A DNA stretch of 63,086 bases, filler included, from Chiloscyllium plagiosum (Eukaryota), in NCBI RefSeq assembly GCF_004010195.1. It is 4 parts of one record of this genome, joined end to end, with 100 filler letters (N's around TTAATTAATTAA, not from the genome) between each part and the next. Parts side by side here need not be neighbours in the genome. Positions count along the whole stretch, not along the records: positions 1 to 21,671 come from NC_057712.1; 3 more parts are not named here. The stretch is one strand, 5' to 3'. Position numbers and translations under genes: made by a program. Shown here piece after piece: positions 1 through 12,510 of this stretch (the first letter of the stretch is position 1; each line of letters opens with the position of its first letter). A model generated the notes under the pieces. That model did not search any database. It worked only from the letters and a program-made list of their open reading frames with translations, and was not told the DNA's origin.

Positions 1-495
1 GACATGGAGGTCCTGGGCCTCCTCCACCGCCGCTCCCTCACCACCAGACGCATGGAAGAAGAACGCCTCATCTTCCGCCTCGGAACACTTCAACCCCAGG
101 GCATCAATGTGGACTCCAACAGCTTCCTCATTTCCCTTTCCCCCACCTCATCCTAGTTTCAAACTTCCAGCCCGCACTCTCCCCTTGACCTGTCCGGACT
201 TGTCCGACCTGCCTAGCTCCTTTTCCACCTATCCACTCCACCCTCTCCTCCCTGACCTATCACCTTCATCTCCTCCCCCACTCACCTATTGTACTCTATG
301 CTACTTTCTCCCCAGCCCCACCCTGCTCTAGCTTATCTCTCCACGCTTCAGGCTCTCTGCCTTTATTCCTGATGAAGAGCTTTTGCCCGAAACGTCGATT
401 TTGCTGCTCGTCTGATGCTGCCTGAATTGCTGTGCTCTTCCAGCATCACTGATCCAGAATCTGGTTTCCAGCATCTGCAGTCATTGTTTTTACCT
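1..495 (+). mobile_element. Penelope-like element (Neptune-type), GIY-YIG C-terminus and 3' pLTR/tail
   Basis: Frame 1 reads DMEVLGLLHRRSLTTRRMEEERLIFRLGTLQPQGINVD; followed by a pyrimidine-rich UTR, a hammerhead motif and the terminal tail TGGTTTCCAGCATCTGCAGTCATTGTTTTTACC. Confidence 0.9.
365..400 (+). ncRNA. Minimal type I hammerhead ribozyme motif in PLE pLTR
   Basis: CTGATGA-A-GAGC TTTT GCCC-GAAA-CGTC; conserved core boxes around stem II (one stem mismatch). Confidence 0.7.
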
Positions 496-496
496 T

Positions 497-1965
497 TGTG
501 TCCTCACTGTCCACTGGAGTAGTGCCAGATGATTGGAGGGTGGAAAATGTTATTCCCTTGTTCAGAAAAGGGAATAGAGATGACCCTAGGAATTACAGAC
601 CAGTCAATCTTACTAGGTAGTAGGCAAATTATTGGAGAGGATTCTGAGAGACAGGATTTATGATTATCTGGAAAAGCAGAGCTTGATTAGAGATAGTCAG
701 CATGACTTTGTGAGGGGCAGGTCATGCATCACAAGCTTGATTGAATTGTTTGAGGATGTGACAAAACACATTGCTGAAGGTAAGGCAGTGGATGTGGCGT
801 ACATGGATTTTAGCAAGGCATTGGATAAGGTTCTTCATGATAGGTTCATTCAGAAAGTAAAGAGGCATGGGATACAGTGCAATGTGGCTGTCTGGATACA
901 GAATTGGCTGGCCCAGAGATGACAGAGGATGGTAGTTAATGGAAAGTATTCGGCCTGGAGCTCGGTGTCCACTGGTGTTTCTCAGGGATCTGTTCTTGGA
1001 TCTCTGCTCTTAGTAATTTTTAAAGAAATCTTGGATGAGGAAGTGGGAGGGTCGGTTAGTAACTTTACTGATGACATGAAGGTTGGTGGAGTTGCGTATA
1101 GTGTGGAGGGCTGTCGTAGGTTGCAATGGGACATTAACAGGATGCAGAGCTGGGCTGAGAAGTGGCAGATGGTGTTCAATCTAGAAAAGTGTGAAGTGAT
1201 TCATTTTGGAAGGTCTAATCTGAATGCAATTTACAGGGCTAAAGGCAGGATTCTTGGCAGTGTGGAGGAACAGAGGGATCTTGGGGTCCATGCCCATAGA
1301 TCCCTCAAAGTTGCCACCCAAGTTGATAGGGGTGTTATGAAGCTGTATGATGCGTTGGCTTTCATTAGCAGCGGCATTGAGTTTAAAAGCCAAGAGGTTA
1401 TGCTGCAGCTGTAAAAGCCCTGGTTGGACCACATTTCAAATATTGTGTTCAGTTCTGGTTGCCTCTTTATACAAAGGATGTGGAAGCTTTAGAGAAGATG
1501 CAGAGGAGATTTACCAGGATACTGCCTGGACTGGAGGGCATGTCTTATGAAGAAAGATTGAGGGAGCTAGGGTTTTTCTCATTGGAGTGAAGAAGGATGA
1601 GAGGTGTCTTGATAGAGGTGAACAGAATGATGAGAGGCATAGATAGACTGAATAGTCAGAAATGTTTTCCCAGGGTGGAAATGAATATTACGAGGGGACA
1701 TAAAACTAAGGTGATTGGAGAAAGATTTAGGGGCGATGTCAGAGGTAAGTTCTTGACACCGAGAATGGTGGGTGCATGGAATGCACTTCCAGCAGTTGTA
1801 GTAGAGTCAGAGACATTAGAGACATTTAAGCAATACTTAAATAGGCACATGGATGATAGTAAAATGAAGGGTACATAGGTTAGTATAATCTCAGAGGAGG
1901 TGAAAAGGTTGGCAGAACATCAAGGGCTGAAGGGCCTATACTGTGCTGTACTACTCTATGTTCTA
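497..1965 (+). mobile_element. CR1 (HER1-like) LINE, 5'-truncated, degenerate RT and 3' UTR
   Basis: ORF pieces ERILRDRIYDYLE, YMDFSKALDKV, GVSQGSVLGSLL, NFTDDMK, KWQMVFNLEKC; ends GGGCCTATACTGTGCTGTACTACTCTATGTTCTA. Confidence 0.93.
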
Positions 1966-2034
1966 AGTAACACCATTAAATGTCAAGCGGTGGTGGTTAG
2001 ATTGTCTTTTGTTGGATACGGTCACTGGCTGTTA

Positions 2035-2378
2035 TAATAGAATCCCGACAGTGTGGAAGTAGGCCCATTGGCTCAACAAGTCCACACCGACATTCGAAGA
2101 GCAACCCACCCAGACCCGTTCCCTGACCCTGTTACTTTACATTTACCCCTGACTAATACACCTAACTTATATATCCCTGAACACTATGGGCAATTTAGCA
2201 CAACCAATTCACCTAACCTGCACATCTTTGGACTGTGGGGGGAAACTGGGACACCCAGAGGAAACCCATGCAGATAGGGGGAGAATGTGCAAACTCCACA
2301 CAGACAGTCACCAGAATCGAACCTGGGTCCCTGGCGCTGTGAGGCAGCAGTGCTAACCATTGAGTCATTGTGCTGCCC
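2035..2378 (-). mobile_element. HE1-like tRNA-derived V-SINE
   Basis: Minus strand has a tRNA-like head (TGGTTAGCACTGCTGCCTCACAGCGCCAGGGACCCAGGTTCGATTC), the V core GTGTGGAGTTTGCACATTCTCCCC and a CR1-like tail. Confidence 0.88.
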
Positions 2379-2431
2379 TTGTGTTGTTTTTGTGATGCAA
2401 ATATTATTTGTTGGGAGGCCACCCATGGGAG

Positions 2432-2555
2432 TCTCCACCTGATGAAGGAGCAGTGCTTTGAAAGCTTGTGATTTTAAATTAACTTGATGGGATATAACCT
2501 GGTGTTGTCTGACTTCTGACCTTGTCTAACCCAATCCAACACCTGTACCTCCACA
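2432..2555 (+). mobile_element. Solo PLE pLTR fragment with hammerhead motif (same family as 46020-46455)
   Basis: CAC-CTGATGA-A-GGAGC AGT GCTTT-GAAA-GCTT-GTG, then ...TATAACCTGGTGTTGT...CCAACACC...CCTCCACA, similar to the end of the 46 kb copy. Confidence 0.7.
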
Positions 2556-2597
2556 GTCATTCATCTAAAAATCTAATCAAATCTGTCTTCCATTCCA

Positions 2598-2735
2598 GAT
2601 CTGAAGAAGAATCATATTGCATTTGAAGCATTAGTTTTGTTTCTCTCTACACAGGTGCTGCCAGCCCTGTTGAGTTTTTCAGTACTTTCTGTTTTTATTT
2701 CAGATCTTTAGCATCCTCAAAAGTTTGTTTTTATT
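2598..2735 (+). mobile_element. Old degenerate PLE pLTR fragment
   Basis: CTGAAGAAG...GAAGC, then CTCTCTACACAGGTGCTGCCAG.CCTGTTGAGT; resembles fragments at 11280, 40005 and 47045. Confidence 0.5.
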
Positions 2736-2849
2736 TCACCCCAGATTTCTGCTAACTTACAAGAGTAGATTTTGGCAACAGATCCTTCAGGAGGCCATGG
2801 AACTTGCAGCCTTGGGAGATTAGACCAGGGTGTTCTCAGGAAGCAGACC

Positions 2850-3322
2850 TAACTCTGTGATATGTGGTTCTCGGTTCAAGTCCCACATAAGACCGACAAT
2901 ACAGCAGTCACAAGCTGACACATCAGTGCAGAATTGTGGGAGTGTTGCAATACAGCAAGTGTTGTCTATCCAATGAAACATAAAAATATTCTTGGGAGCA
3001 TAAGAGTAGACCTGCTCAGCAATTCCAGATTATGGCTGACTATCTACAACAATGTTGTATTCTTGTGCTATCCCCATACATAACTATTTCGAAGAACAGC
3101 AAATGCTTTCTCCCTGATGTTCTGGCCAATAATCATCCTGCAGTTAACAACACTGATGTAAATTATCTGCTTGTTACCACCTTGCAGTTTGTGAGATTTT
3201 GCTGAGTTGAACTTGGCTGCTGCAGTCTCCAAATAACAATGATGACTACACTTGCACTGGCTGAATAGTGCTTTGAGATGTCCAATAGCTGTGAAAGATG
3301 TTTTGAAATGCAAGTCTTTCCT
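2850..3322 (+). mobile_element. Ancient Deu-domain SINE (SacSINE1/AmnSINE1-like)
   Basis: GGTTCAAGTCCCAC head, TTCTCCCTGATGTTCTGGCCAATA, TTGGCTGCTGC...GACTACACTT and 3' end GTGAAAG...AAATGCAAGTCTTTC. Confidence 0.65.
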
Positions 3323-3559
3323 TTTGCTATAAGTTTAGACAGAGAATGATTTCAAAAGAAAATTGGATGGAAACTTGAAGGAAATAAATCTGCAGGATTT
3401 TGGGATAGAATGGGAAGCTAGGGCTGGCTAGATTGCTCTACAGAGAGCAAGCATGAATGTGAACTTTATAAACCCCAGCTTTCAGATTGGAAATTGGAAA
3501 CCATTGTTCAACAGGTAGTATGCTGTGTTCTGAGATTTAAATGTCCAGGAGCTCAGTCT

Positions 3560-4010
3560 GACCCTTGGACAGATCATGAAAGGGTCAGTGAGTAAGAGAG
3601 ATGTGGAGTTAGGGTGGTAGGTGAGTGAAGGAATAAGGTGCCTTGTGGGGAAGAGGGATAGGATGCCAGCTGGGTGAGTGAATAAGGTGCCAGGTAGGAG
3701 AAGAAGGCAGAAAGGGTGAGGGAGTATGGTAGCAGGTAGGTGATGGGTTAGCATGCCATGTGGGAATGGGAGGTAAGGTCACATGTGGGTGAGGGGTAGG
3801 GTGCCAGGTAGATTAGGGATTATGGTTCAAGGTCAATGGATGAGTGTTTAGGATGGATCAGGTTTTCAGGTTGGTCTGGATGTTGGATTGGGGAGGCTTT
3901 TGAGCCTGGGGTGGTGTAGGCAGGGTGGGGTTAGGTTGCAAGGGATAGTGGTGGGGCCAGATTCAGGTTTTGGACTGGGGGGGAGGAGAACTGGTCCTGT
4001 TAGGCCTGAC
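3560..4010. repeat. G/T-rich low-complexity tract with degenerate short repeats
   Basis: Strong G skew; recurring GTGAGTGAA...TAAGGTGCC and GGG runs. Confidence 0.55.
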
Positions 4011-4029
4011 AGTGTGGAACCCCAAAAGG

Positions 4030-4352
4030 ACATTGACAAAATTGATGACAAATGAGGGTCAATGGAGCAAAGTATGAGATAGTGCACTTTGGTCAGAAGA
4101 ACATTGAAAGACAATATAAAATAGGGGTACAATTCTAAAAGGGGTGCAGGAGCTGTGTGTATCTTTGCACAGATAATTGAAGGTGGTAGGAGAGGTATAG
4201 CATATAGAGTTCTCAAATTTATTAATAGAAACATTGAGTACAAAAGCAAGGAGATGATGTTGAATGTGCCCAAGATACTTCTTAGATCATCTGGAGTATT
4301 GTATACAATTGTGGACACGACATTATGAGAAAGATGTGAATGCATTGAAGAG
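4030..4352 (+). mobile_element. Degenerate CR1 fragment (RT C-terminal region)
   Basis: Translates to ...HLEYCIQLWTRHYEKDVNALKRV. Confidence 0.75.
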
Positions 4353-4478
4353 AGTGTGGGCCTGGATGTCCCTGGAGAAGGACCATGCAGTGTCTACACA
4401 CACCCTTGACGTTTTCAGGGAAAGGTGGGCACCACAGGGTGTGGAGTGTTTTATTTCCCCCTCTGACTCTATTTTGTC
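4353..4478 (+). mobile_element. Tx1-clade LINE ORF2 C-terminal fragment
   Basis: SLEKDHAVSTHTLDVFRERWAPQGVECFISPSDSIL matches the ORF2 ends at 51928 and 60475. Confidence 0.8.
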
Positions 4479-4838
4479 CTCCTCTTTCACTTTTTGATCT
4501 CGCAGCATTAAACTTAAGGATTGGAGTCCAGAGCAAATTTTATTAAAGACTTGATCTGCAATCACGGACAACAGCCACATTAGTTTCAACCTCCATTCGA
4601 ACCATGTGACCATTTAACCAGATCAGAGAAGGCTTGGAGATGTAATATTCCTTTACTAAATCCATCAACTCTTGAACTATTTTAATATATGGTAGCTCAG
4701 GTTAGGCTCCTAATAACCAAAAAAACTGCAGGTTCACAAGCTGTCAGGAGAATTACTCATTGCTTTTCATCTGCCCTAATGTCATTTGCCCAGAGAAAAA
4801 ATGTATTCTTTCCACATATTGGGCCCAGTCTTCAATGG

Positions 4839-6583
4839 AGAAAGTGAGGACTGCAGATGTTGGAGATCAGTCCATCTTCCGCAGCTATGTGGAACAGTCC
4901 ATCTTCCACAGCTACACTGGCACCACTCCCCACCTTTTCCTCCGCTACATCGATGACTGTATCGGCACTGCCTCGTGCTCCGAGGAGTTTAAACAGTTCA
5001 TCCACTTTACCAACACCTTCCACCCCAACCTCAAATTTACCTGGACCGTCTCAGACTCCTCCCTCCCCTTCCTAGACCTTTCCATTTCTATCTGGGGCGA
5101 CCGAATCAACACAGACATTTACTATAAACCGACCGACTCCCACAGCTACCTAGACTACACCTCCTCCCACCCTGCCCCCTGTAAAAATGCCATTCCATAT
5201 TCCCAATTCCTTCGTCTCCGCCGCATCTGCTCCCCAGGAGGACCAGTTCCAATACCGTACAACCCAGATGGCCTCCTTCTTTAAAGACCGCAATTTCCCC
5301 CAAGACGTGATCGACGATGCTCTCCACCACATCTCCTCTACTTCCCGCTCCTCCACCCTTGAGCCCTGCCCCTCCAATCGCCACCAGGACAGAACCCCAC
5401 TGGTCCTCACCTACCACCCCACCAACCTCCATNNNNNNNNNNNNNNNNNNNNNNNNNNNNNNNNNNNNNNNNNNNNNNNNNNNNNNNNNNNNNNNNNNNN
5501 NNNNNNNNNNNNNNNNNNNNNNNNNNNNNNNNNNNNNNNNNNNNNNNNNNNNNNNNNNNNNNNNNNNNNNNNNNNNNNNNNNNNNNNNNNNNNNNNNNNN
5601 NNNNNNNNNNNNNNNNNNNNNNNNNNNNNNNNNNNNNNNNNNNNNNNNNNNNNNNNNNNNNNNNNNNNNNNNNNNNNNNNNNNNNNNNNNNNNNNNNNNN
5701 NNNNNNNNNNNNNNNNNNNNNNNNNNNNNNNNNNNNNNNNNNNNNNNNNNNNNNNNNNNNNNNNNNNNNNNNNNNNNNNNNNNNNNNNNNNNNNNNNNNN
5801 NNNNNNNNNNNNNNNNNNNNNNNNNNNNNNNNNNNNNNNNNNNNNNNNNNNNNNNNNNNNNNNNNNNNNNNNNNNNNNNNNNNNNNNNNNNNNNNNNNNN
5901 NNNNNNNNNNNNNNNNNNNNNNNNNNNNNNNNNNNNNNNNNNNNNNNNNNNNNNNNNNNNNNNNNNNNNNNNNNNNNNNNNNNNNNNNNNNNNNNNNNNN
6001 NNNNNNNNNNNNNNNNNNNNNNNNNNNNNNNNNNNNNNNNNNNNNNNNNNNNNNNNNNNNNNNNNNNNNNNNNNNNNNNNNNNNNNNNNNNNNNNNNNNN
6101 NNNNNNNNNGTGGCTCAACACTTCAACTCCCCCTCCCACTCCACCAAGGACATGCAGGTCCTTGGACTCCTCCATCGCCAGACCATAGCAACATGACGGC
6201 TAGAGGGAGAGTGCCTCATCTTCCGCCTAGGAACCCTCCAACCACAAGGGATGAACCCAGATTTCTCCAGTTTCCTCATTTCCCCTCCCCCCACCTTGTC
6301 TCAGTCCCAACCCTCAAACGCAGCACCACCTTCCTAACCTGCAATCTTCTTCCTGACCTCTCTGCCACCACCCCCACGCCGGCCTATCACCCTCACCTTA
6401 ACCTCCTTCCACCTATCACATTTCCAACGCTTCTCCCCCAAGTCCCTCCTCCCTACCTTTTATCTTAGCCTGCTGGACACACTTTTCTCATTCCTGAAGA
6501 AGGGCTTGTGCCTGAAACGTCGATTCTCCTGCTCCTTGGATGCTGCCTGACCTGCTGCGCTTTTCCAGCAACTCATTTTCAGC
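4839..6583 (+). mobile_element. Neptune-type PLE (RT core to pLTR) with inverted 3' tail at its left edge; contains an N gap
   Basis: FLRYIDD, LPFLDLSI, YYKPTDSHSYLDYTSSHP, IPYSQFLRLRRICS; flanked by 15-bp TSD CCCAGTCTTCAATGG (4824-4838, 6584-6598). Confidence 0.92.
6490..6526 (+). ncRNA. Hammerhead ribozyme motif in PLE pLTR
   Basis: CTGAAGA-A-GGGC TTGT GCCT-GAAA-CGTC. Confidence 0.7.
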
Positions 6584-6717
6584 CCCAGTCTTCAATGGCA
6601 GGATCAAACAAGTCAAGCTTCCCAAATATTGACACAATGCAATAAATGCTAACCCATAACTCAAAGACGTTGTTGCAAGCACATTTCTTCAGGAGTTTTT
6701 TTTCCTCTCCCTACCAT

Positions 6718-6935
6718 TGAGGCCAGTATCCCATCACCAAGTCACCCTTTATTTACACGTGCGGAGTACTTGATCCAGGTCTGTCTTCCTCAGAACCAGC
6801 TCTCAATATGAACAGCACGTCAGACACTCCTCTTTATATCTATAGCCAGGGGTCCCTGATTTGACCAGGTTAACAGCCACAAGCAGTGAACTCATACTCT
6901 GAGGTCCACTTGGCTGACCCAATTAAATCCATTAC
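6718..6935 (-). mobile_element. Probable solo LTR (Gypsy-like), partial
   Basis: Minus strand begins TGTAAT, then has TATAAA followed by AATAAA, and ends CA; no TSD seen. Confidence 0.4.
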
Positions 6936-6969
6936 AAAAAGGTCATTTGCTCCTTTGAGCTCCTCCTGA

Positions 6970-7190
6970 GATGGGAAGAAATTTCTTCACCCAGAGAGTG
7001 GTGAGCCTGTGGATTTTCTGACACGGAAAGCAAGTAAGGCCTAAACAATGAATGTTTTTCTGGAAGAAGTTAGATATGTCCTTAGGTCTAAAAGATGTGG
7101 GAAGAAAGCAGGAACAGGGTACAAATTCGGATGATTAGTCATGATTGTGGAACAGACTTACAGGTCTGAATGGCATGGTTCTACTTTCAA
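6970..7190 (+). mobile_element. Old CR1 3' end fragment
   Basis: GAGATGGGAAGAAATTTCTTCACCCAGAGAGTGGTGAGCCTGTGG is a typical CR1 ORF2 end, followed by UTR. Confidence 0.7.
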
Positions 7191-7269
7191 TGTTTGCTTT
7201 GATGTTGGCTGATGGAATAGGGATTGGCTGGGTCACCATTCTTCTATGGATTAGCGTCAATGTGGCCTT

Positions 7270-8278
7270 AATTACCATTCAAACAGACAGCTGGGGCTTT
7301 GGTTTACTATCTCATCTGAAAGATGGCTCCTCAGTCAGCACAGTATTCTCTTGATTGGAGGTCTGTGACCAATGGTGTTCCACAAGTGCTGGAACCTCTA
7401 TTTTTTTGGAATATATATATGTAAATGATTTGGATGAAAATGTAGGTGATCTGATTAATGTCTGCAGATAACACGCAAATTGGTGGAAGTTGTGGATTAT
7501 AGGGAAAGTTATCAAAGGATACATTAGAATGTGGACCAATTGGAAGGTTGGGTGGAGAAATGGCATATGGAGTTTAATCCAGACAAGCGTGAGGCGATGT
7601 ATTTTGAATGGTCAAATGCAACAGAAATGTATATAATGAATGGCAGTACCCTTTCATGCATTGACATAAGGAGGGATTTTGGGGTCCAAGTCCATAGCTC
7701 CCTGAAGGTGGCAAAACAAGTGCATAAGATGGCAAAGAAGGCAACTGTTTCATCAGTTGGCAATAGAGTATAGGAGTTGGCAAGTCATGTTGCAGCTGTA
7801 TAAAACTTCAGTTATTACTCCATATTCAGAATATTGTGTGGCAATTCTGGTCACCAAACTGTAGGAAGAATGTTGAGACTTTGGAGAGCATGCAACAGAG
7901 GTTTACCTGGATGTTGCCTGCATTGGAGTTTTGACAAACATGGATTATTTTTGGTAGATTATTGAAGGAAGGTTTTTTACACAGAGGGTGATAGGCGCCC
8001 AGAGTGTGCTAGCAGGGGAGGTGGTTGAAGCAGAGGTAAAAACAACTTTTAAAAAGCACTTAGACACATGAACAGGCAGAGATTAGAGATACTGACAATG
8101 TGCAAACAGATGGAATTTATTTACAATAGCATCCTGATCAACACACATATGGTGGGCTGAAGGGTCTGTTCCTGTGCTGTACTGTTCTATATTCGATGTC
8201 AACCTGAATTTTTGCCCTCAATAGGGTTTGAACCAAGACCCAGTGAGTCAGACCAGAAAGTGCTAGTCACTGAACAAG
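7270..8278 (-). mobile_element. Deu-type SINE remnant split by a CR1 insertion (pieces about 7270-7350 and 8200-8278)
   Basis: GGTTTACTATCTCATCTGAAAGATGGC and GGGTTTGAACC...GTGCTAGTCACTGA pieces on either side of the CR1. Confidence 0.45.
7352..8195 (+). mobile_element. CR1 LINE fragment, degenerate
   Basis: WVEKWHMEFNPDK, RDFGVQVHSSLKVA; 3' UTR GGGCTGAAGGGTCTGTTCCTGTGCTGTACTGTTCTAT. Confidence 0.88.
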
Positions 8279-9124
8279 CATGGAGTCGATCTCTGGCCTT
8301 TCCCCAGCCTGGCTGATGGGGTAAAAAGGAAAAACACATTGCCCTGTCTCAGTTTAAGCCCTGCTGAATATAAACCAGCTATTACTTTGGCAGTTACAGT
8401 CAGGCAGTGTAACACGGCAGAGGACCAAGTCTTTTTAAATTCTTAGGTTGAAGGCAGGCTCTATCCAAATCCTCCAAGTCTTGTAAACTGAAATTTATGA
8501 GACATATTCCCGAAATACTACTGGCTAGGCACACAAACAGGAAAAGCCCAGATTGTTCTAGAGAGCCAGTTTCCAATTCTACAGAATGTCACTTAGATTT
8601 CAAGAATCAATGTCTTGGTGTGGCACGTACAATGGTGAGATATTTGTGAAAACAGCGTGAAAATGGACAAAATCTTAATCTCAACATCAAGAAACAGATT
8701 CCCAATTTCCCCTTAGGCTTTCAATACAGAGTTCAGAATCTTGTTATTGAGCAGCAACAATTTATCTCCACAATGCCCTCAGTTCATCTTATCCTTATAC
8801 CATTCGCAATTAAGAATGGATAAATATATCCTTCATTTATCTTCAGTCTGTTTTGATTCCACACAAACTGTTTAACAGTGCCTGTGCATCAAGAGAACTT
8901 GTTGAGTCAGCCCTGTTGCTTTAAGTTAGAGAATTAAATTAAATTCTTCACATTGACATGTAGCTACTACTGAATTTGGTCACCCTAAGTAAGCACTATT
9001 CTGTGTTGCAAGTAAGCCAACACTCTCCCAGTATTAAACTGGGAGAGGTACAGCTGATTGCTGTCAAAGCCAGCTAGATTAGACAAAACAAAAAGCTGGA
9101 TGGTCTTTTCCAATGTTTTAAGGA

Positions 9125-9928
9125 TGTGAGGTGCTGCATTTTGGAAAGGCAAATCAGAGCAGGACTTATACACTTAATGAAAATGACCTGGGGAATATTG
9201 CTGAACAAAAAGACCTTGGTGGGCAGGTTCATAGTTCCTTGAAAGAAGAGTCACACATAGGTAGGATAGTGAAGAAGGTGTTTGGTATGCTTTTCTTTTT
9301 TGGTCAGAGTATTGAATATAGGAGTTGGGAGGTCACGTTGCGCTGTACAGGACACTGGTTAGTCTATTTTTGGAATATTGTGTACAATTCTGGTCTTCCC
9401 CATTGGATGGATGTTGTGAAACTTGCAAGGGTCCTGAAAAGATTTACAAAGATGTTGCGAGGGTTGGAGAATTTGAGCTATAGGGAAAGTCTGAATAGGC
9501 TGGGACTAGTTTTCCTGGAACATCGGAGGCTGAGGAGTGACCTCATAGAGGTTTATAAAATCAAGAGGGGCATGGATAGGGTAAATAGACAAGGTCTTTT
9601 CCCTGAGGGGGGGGGGGGGGGAGAGTCCAGAACTAGAGGTTTAGGATGAGAGGGGTAAGATTTAAAATGGACCTAAGAGGCAATGTTTCCATGCAGAGGA
9701 TTGTGCATGTATGGACTCTGCTGCCAGAGGAAGTGTTGGAGGCTGGTACAATTACAACATTTGTAAGGCATTTGGATAGGTATATGAATAGGAAGGGTTT
9801 AGAGGGCTATGGGCCAAAAGCTGACAAATACGATTACATTAGGTTACAATATCTGGTCAGCATGGATGAGTTGGACCAAAGGGTCTGCTTACGTGCTGTA
9901 CATCTCTATGACTCTCTGGCTTTATGAC
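9125..9928 (+). mobile_element. CR1 (HER1-like) 3' portion
   Basis: LHFGKANQSRTYTLN, RRLRSDLIEVYKI; tail CTCTATGACTCT. Confidence 0.92.
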
Positions 9929-10099
9929 TATTCCACTGATCTTTGGGACCTGTTACACTCTAGACCTCCCTAAGCTGCAGTACTGGTGAATTTCTACTTG
10001 TGGTACAGCACAGTACAATGGTTTCCAATACCTCGCTGGTGCTTTTAACAGGAGGTTTGCAGTATTAGTCATGCAGAAGGTCACTGACATTGATAAGGA

Positions 10100-12510
10100 G
10101 CCTGAGTCCAGGCACTCAAGGGTTCAGAAATGCACACCAATGGAAATATCTGTTTATGGTCAATGGTAAGCTCCAGGAAATTGATAGTGTGGGATTCAGT
10201 TATGGTAACACCATTGAATGTCAAGGGTTAGTGGTTAACTTGTGTTTTATTAGACATGGTCATTGCCCAGCATTTATATGACGCAAATGTTAGTTGCTAC
10301 TTGTCAGCCCAAGTCTAGATATTGTCCAGGTCTTGTTGCATTTGAGTGTGGACTGCTTCAGCATCGGAGGAGTCACAAATGGTGCCGAACATTGTGCAAT
10401 CATTGGCAAACATCCCCACTTCCGACATTTTGAAGGAGGGAAGGTCATTAATGAAGTAGTTGAAATAGTTGGGCCTAGAATACTACCCTGAGGATCTCCT
10501 GTAGAAATGTCCAAGAGCTTAGATGACTGACCTCCAGCAACTATAACCATTTTTCTATGCACCAGGAATGACTCCATCCAGCAGCAATGATTCCATTGAT
10601 TCCAGCTTTGCTAGGGCTCCTTGATGCCACATTTAGTTGAATGTGGCTTTGGTGCCAAGGGCTTTCACTCTCACATCAGCTCTGGAATTCAGTTCTTTTA
10701 TTCATACTTGAACCAAGGCTGCAATGAGGTCAGGAGCTGAGTGGCCTTGGTGGAACCCAAACTGAGCATCAGTGCTAAGCATGTGCACTTGATAGCCCTG
10801 TTGATGATCCCCTCTGTCACCACTTTACTGATGATGGGGCTGATGGGCCGTCAGTGGATTTGCCCTACTTTTTGTGTACAGAACATATCTGGGCAATTTT
10901 CCACATTGTTAGTTAAATACAATATTCTAACTCTACTGGAACAGCTTTATGAGGGGTGCAGGAAGTTCTGGAGTACAAGTCTTTGGTACTATTTAGGAAT
11001 TTTGGCATTCGTTATTTGTACTGATGAATTGGGCTCTCCCATCATTATGGATGGGGACATTTGTGGAGTCTCACCCTCCCATAAGTTGTTGAATTGTCTG
11101 CCACCATTCATGACTGGATGTGATAGAATTGCACAGCTTAGATATGATCTGCTGGTGGTGTGATCATTTAGTTCAGTCTATCACTTGCTGCTTCTGCTGC
11201 TTGGCATGCTGGTCAGCCTGTTTGGTAGCTTCACCAGGCTAACACTTCTTTTTTTGGTATGTCTGGCGCTGCTCCTGAAATAAAAATATAAATTGCTGAA
11301 AAAGCTCATTAGGTCTGGCACCACCTGTGGAGAGAAATCAGAGTTGCCTTTTGGGTTGAGTGACCCTTCCTCAGAACACTCTTTGAATGCCCTCCTGTAC
11401 TTTCTATTAAACTAGAGTTGATTCCCTGGCTTGATGGTAAGGATTGAATTGGAGACCATGCCAGGCCATGAGATTGCAGATTTTATTGGAGCACTACTCT
11501 TGTTGCTGTTAATGGGCCACAGTGTCTTATGGATGCCCAGCCTTGAATTGTTTGAGTTTCTGTTTGAAATCACCGTATAGCATTGTGAGAGTAGCATACA
11601 ACATGATGGAGGGTATTCTCAATGTGGAGGTGGGACTTCATCTCCACAAGGAATGTGCAGTGGTCACTTTTCTTAAACTGTCATGGACAGATGCATTTCA
11701 GCCAGTGGATTGGTAAGGATGAAGTCTAATTTGTTTTTTCCTCTTGTTGATTTGCACAGCACCTGCCCCGGGCCCAATCTCACAGCTTTTAGGATCCAAC
11801 TAGCTTGATTAGCAGTGCTGCTGCTATTTTTGGTGATTGACATTGATATCCCCATTTAGAGTACATTTTGTACCCTTGCTACCCTCAGTGCTTCCTCCAA
11901 ATATTGTTCAACATGAAGGAGTACTGTTTCATCAGCTGAGGGAGGATGGTACATGGGAACCAGCAGGAGGTTTCCTTATACCATGAGATTTCATGGGATC
12001 CAAAATCAATATTGAGGGCTCCCAGGACAACTCCCTCAACTGCATAATTCTGAGCTGCGACCTCTGCTGGGTCTGGCCTGCTACAGGGACAGGAGATATC
12101 CTGGGATGGGGATGATTTTGTCTCGGACATTGTCTATAAGATGTAATTCTCTGAGTATGACTATGCTCGGCTATTGCTTGACTACTCTATGAGGGGGCTG
12201 TCACAATTTTGGCACTAGCCCCCAGATGTTAGTAACAGGATCTTGTACAGTCGACAATACTGTTTCTATTGTTGTTGTTTCTGGTGCCCAGGTTGATGCC
12301 AGATGATCTGTCTGGTTATCAATACTTTATTGAGACTTTGCAGCGATTGATACAACTGAATGGCTTGAGAGTCAACCCATTGCTGTGTGTCTGGTGTGAT
12401 GTGTATGCCAGACCAGCTGAGGATGGCAGATTTCCAAACTTCTAGAGCATTGTTTGAGCTACACTCATCCAGGCAAGTGGGTAGTATTCCACCACAGTCC
12501 TGACTTCACA
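10100..12510 (-). mobile_element. Second CR1/L2-group LINE lineage, degenerate endonuclease and RT
   Basis: Minus-strand STRGKNKLDFILTN, YHPPSADETVLLHVEQYLEEAL, GDPQGSILGPT, VGMFAND. Confidence 0.8.
11278..11376 (-). mobile_element. Old PLE pLTR fragment inserted in the LINE
   Basis: Minus strand CTGAGGA-A-GGGTCAC...ACCC-AAAA (degenerate hammerhead), then CTCTCCACAGGTGGTGCCAGACCT. Confidence 0.55.

Noticed and set aside
3560..4010. Telomere-like or G-quadruplex tract
   Set aside because: Only isolated TTAGGG-like words and irregular G runs; no array.
5187..6468. Long ORFs in the track that span N runs (also 17586, 35640, 51192)
   Set aside because: Their length comes from assembly gaps translated as X.
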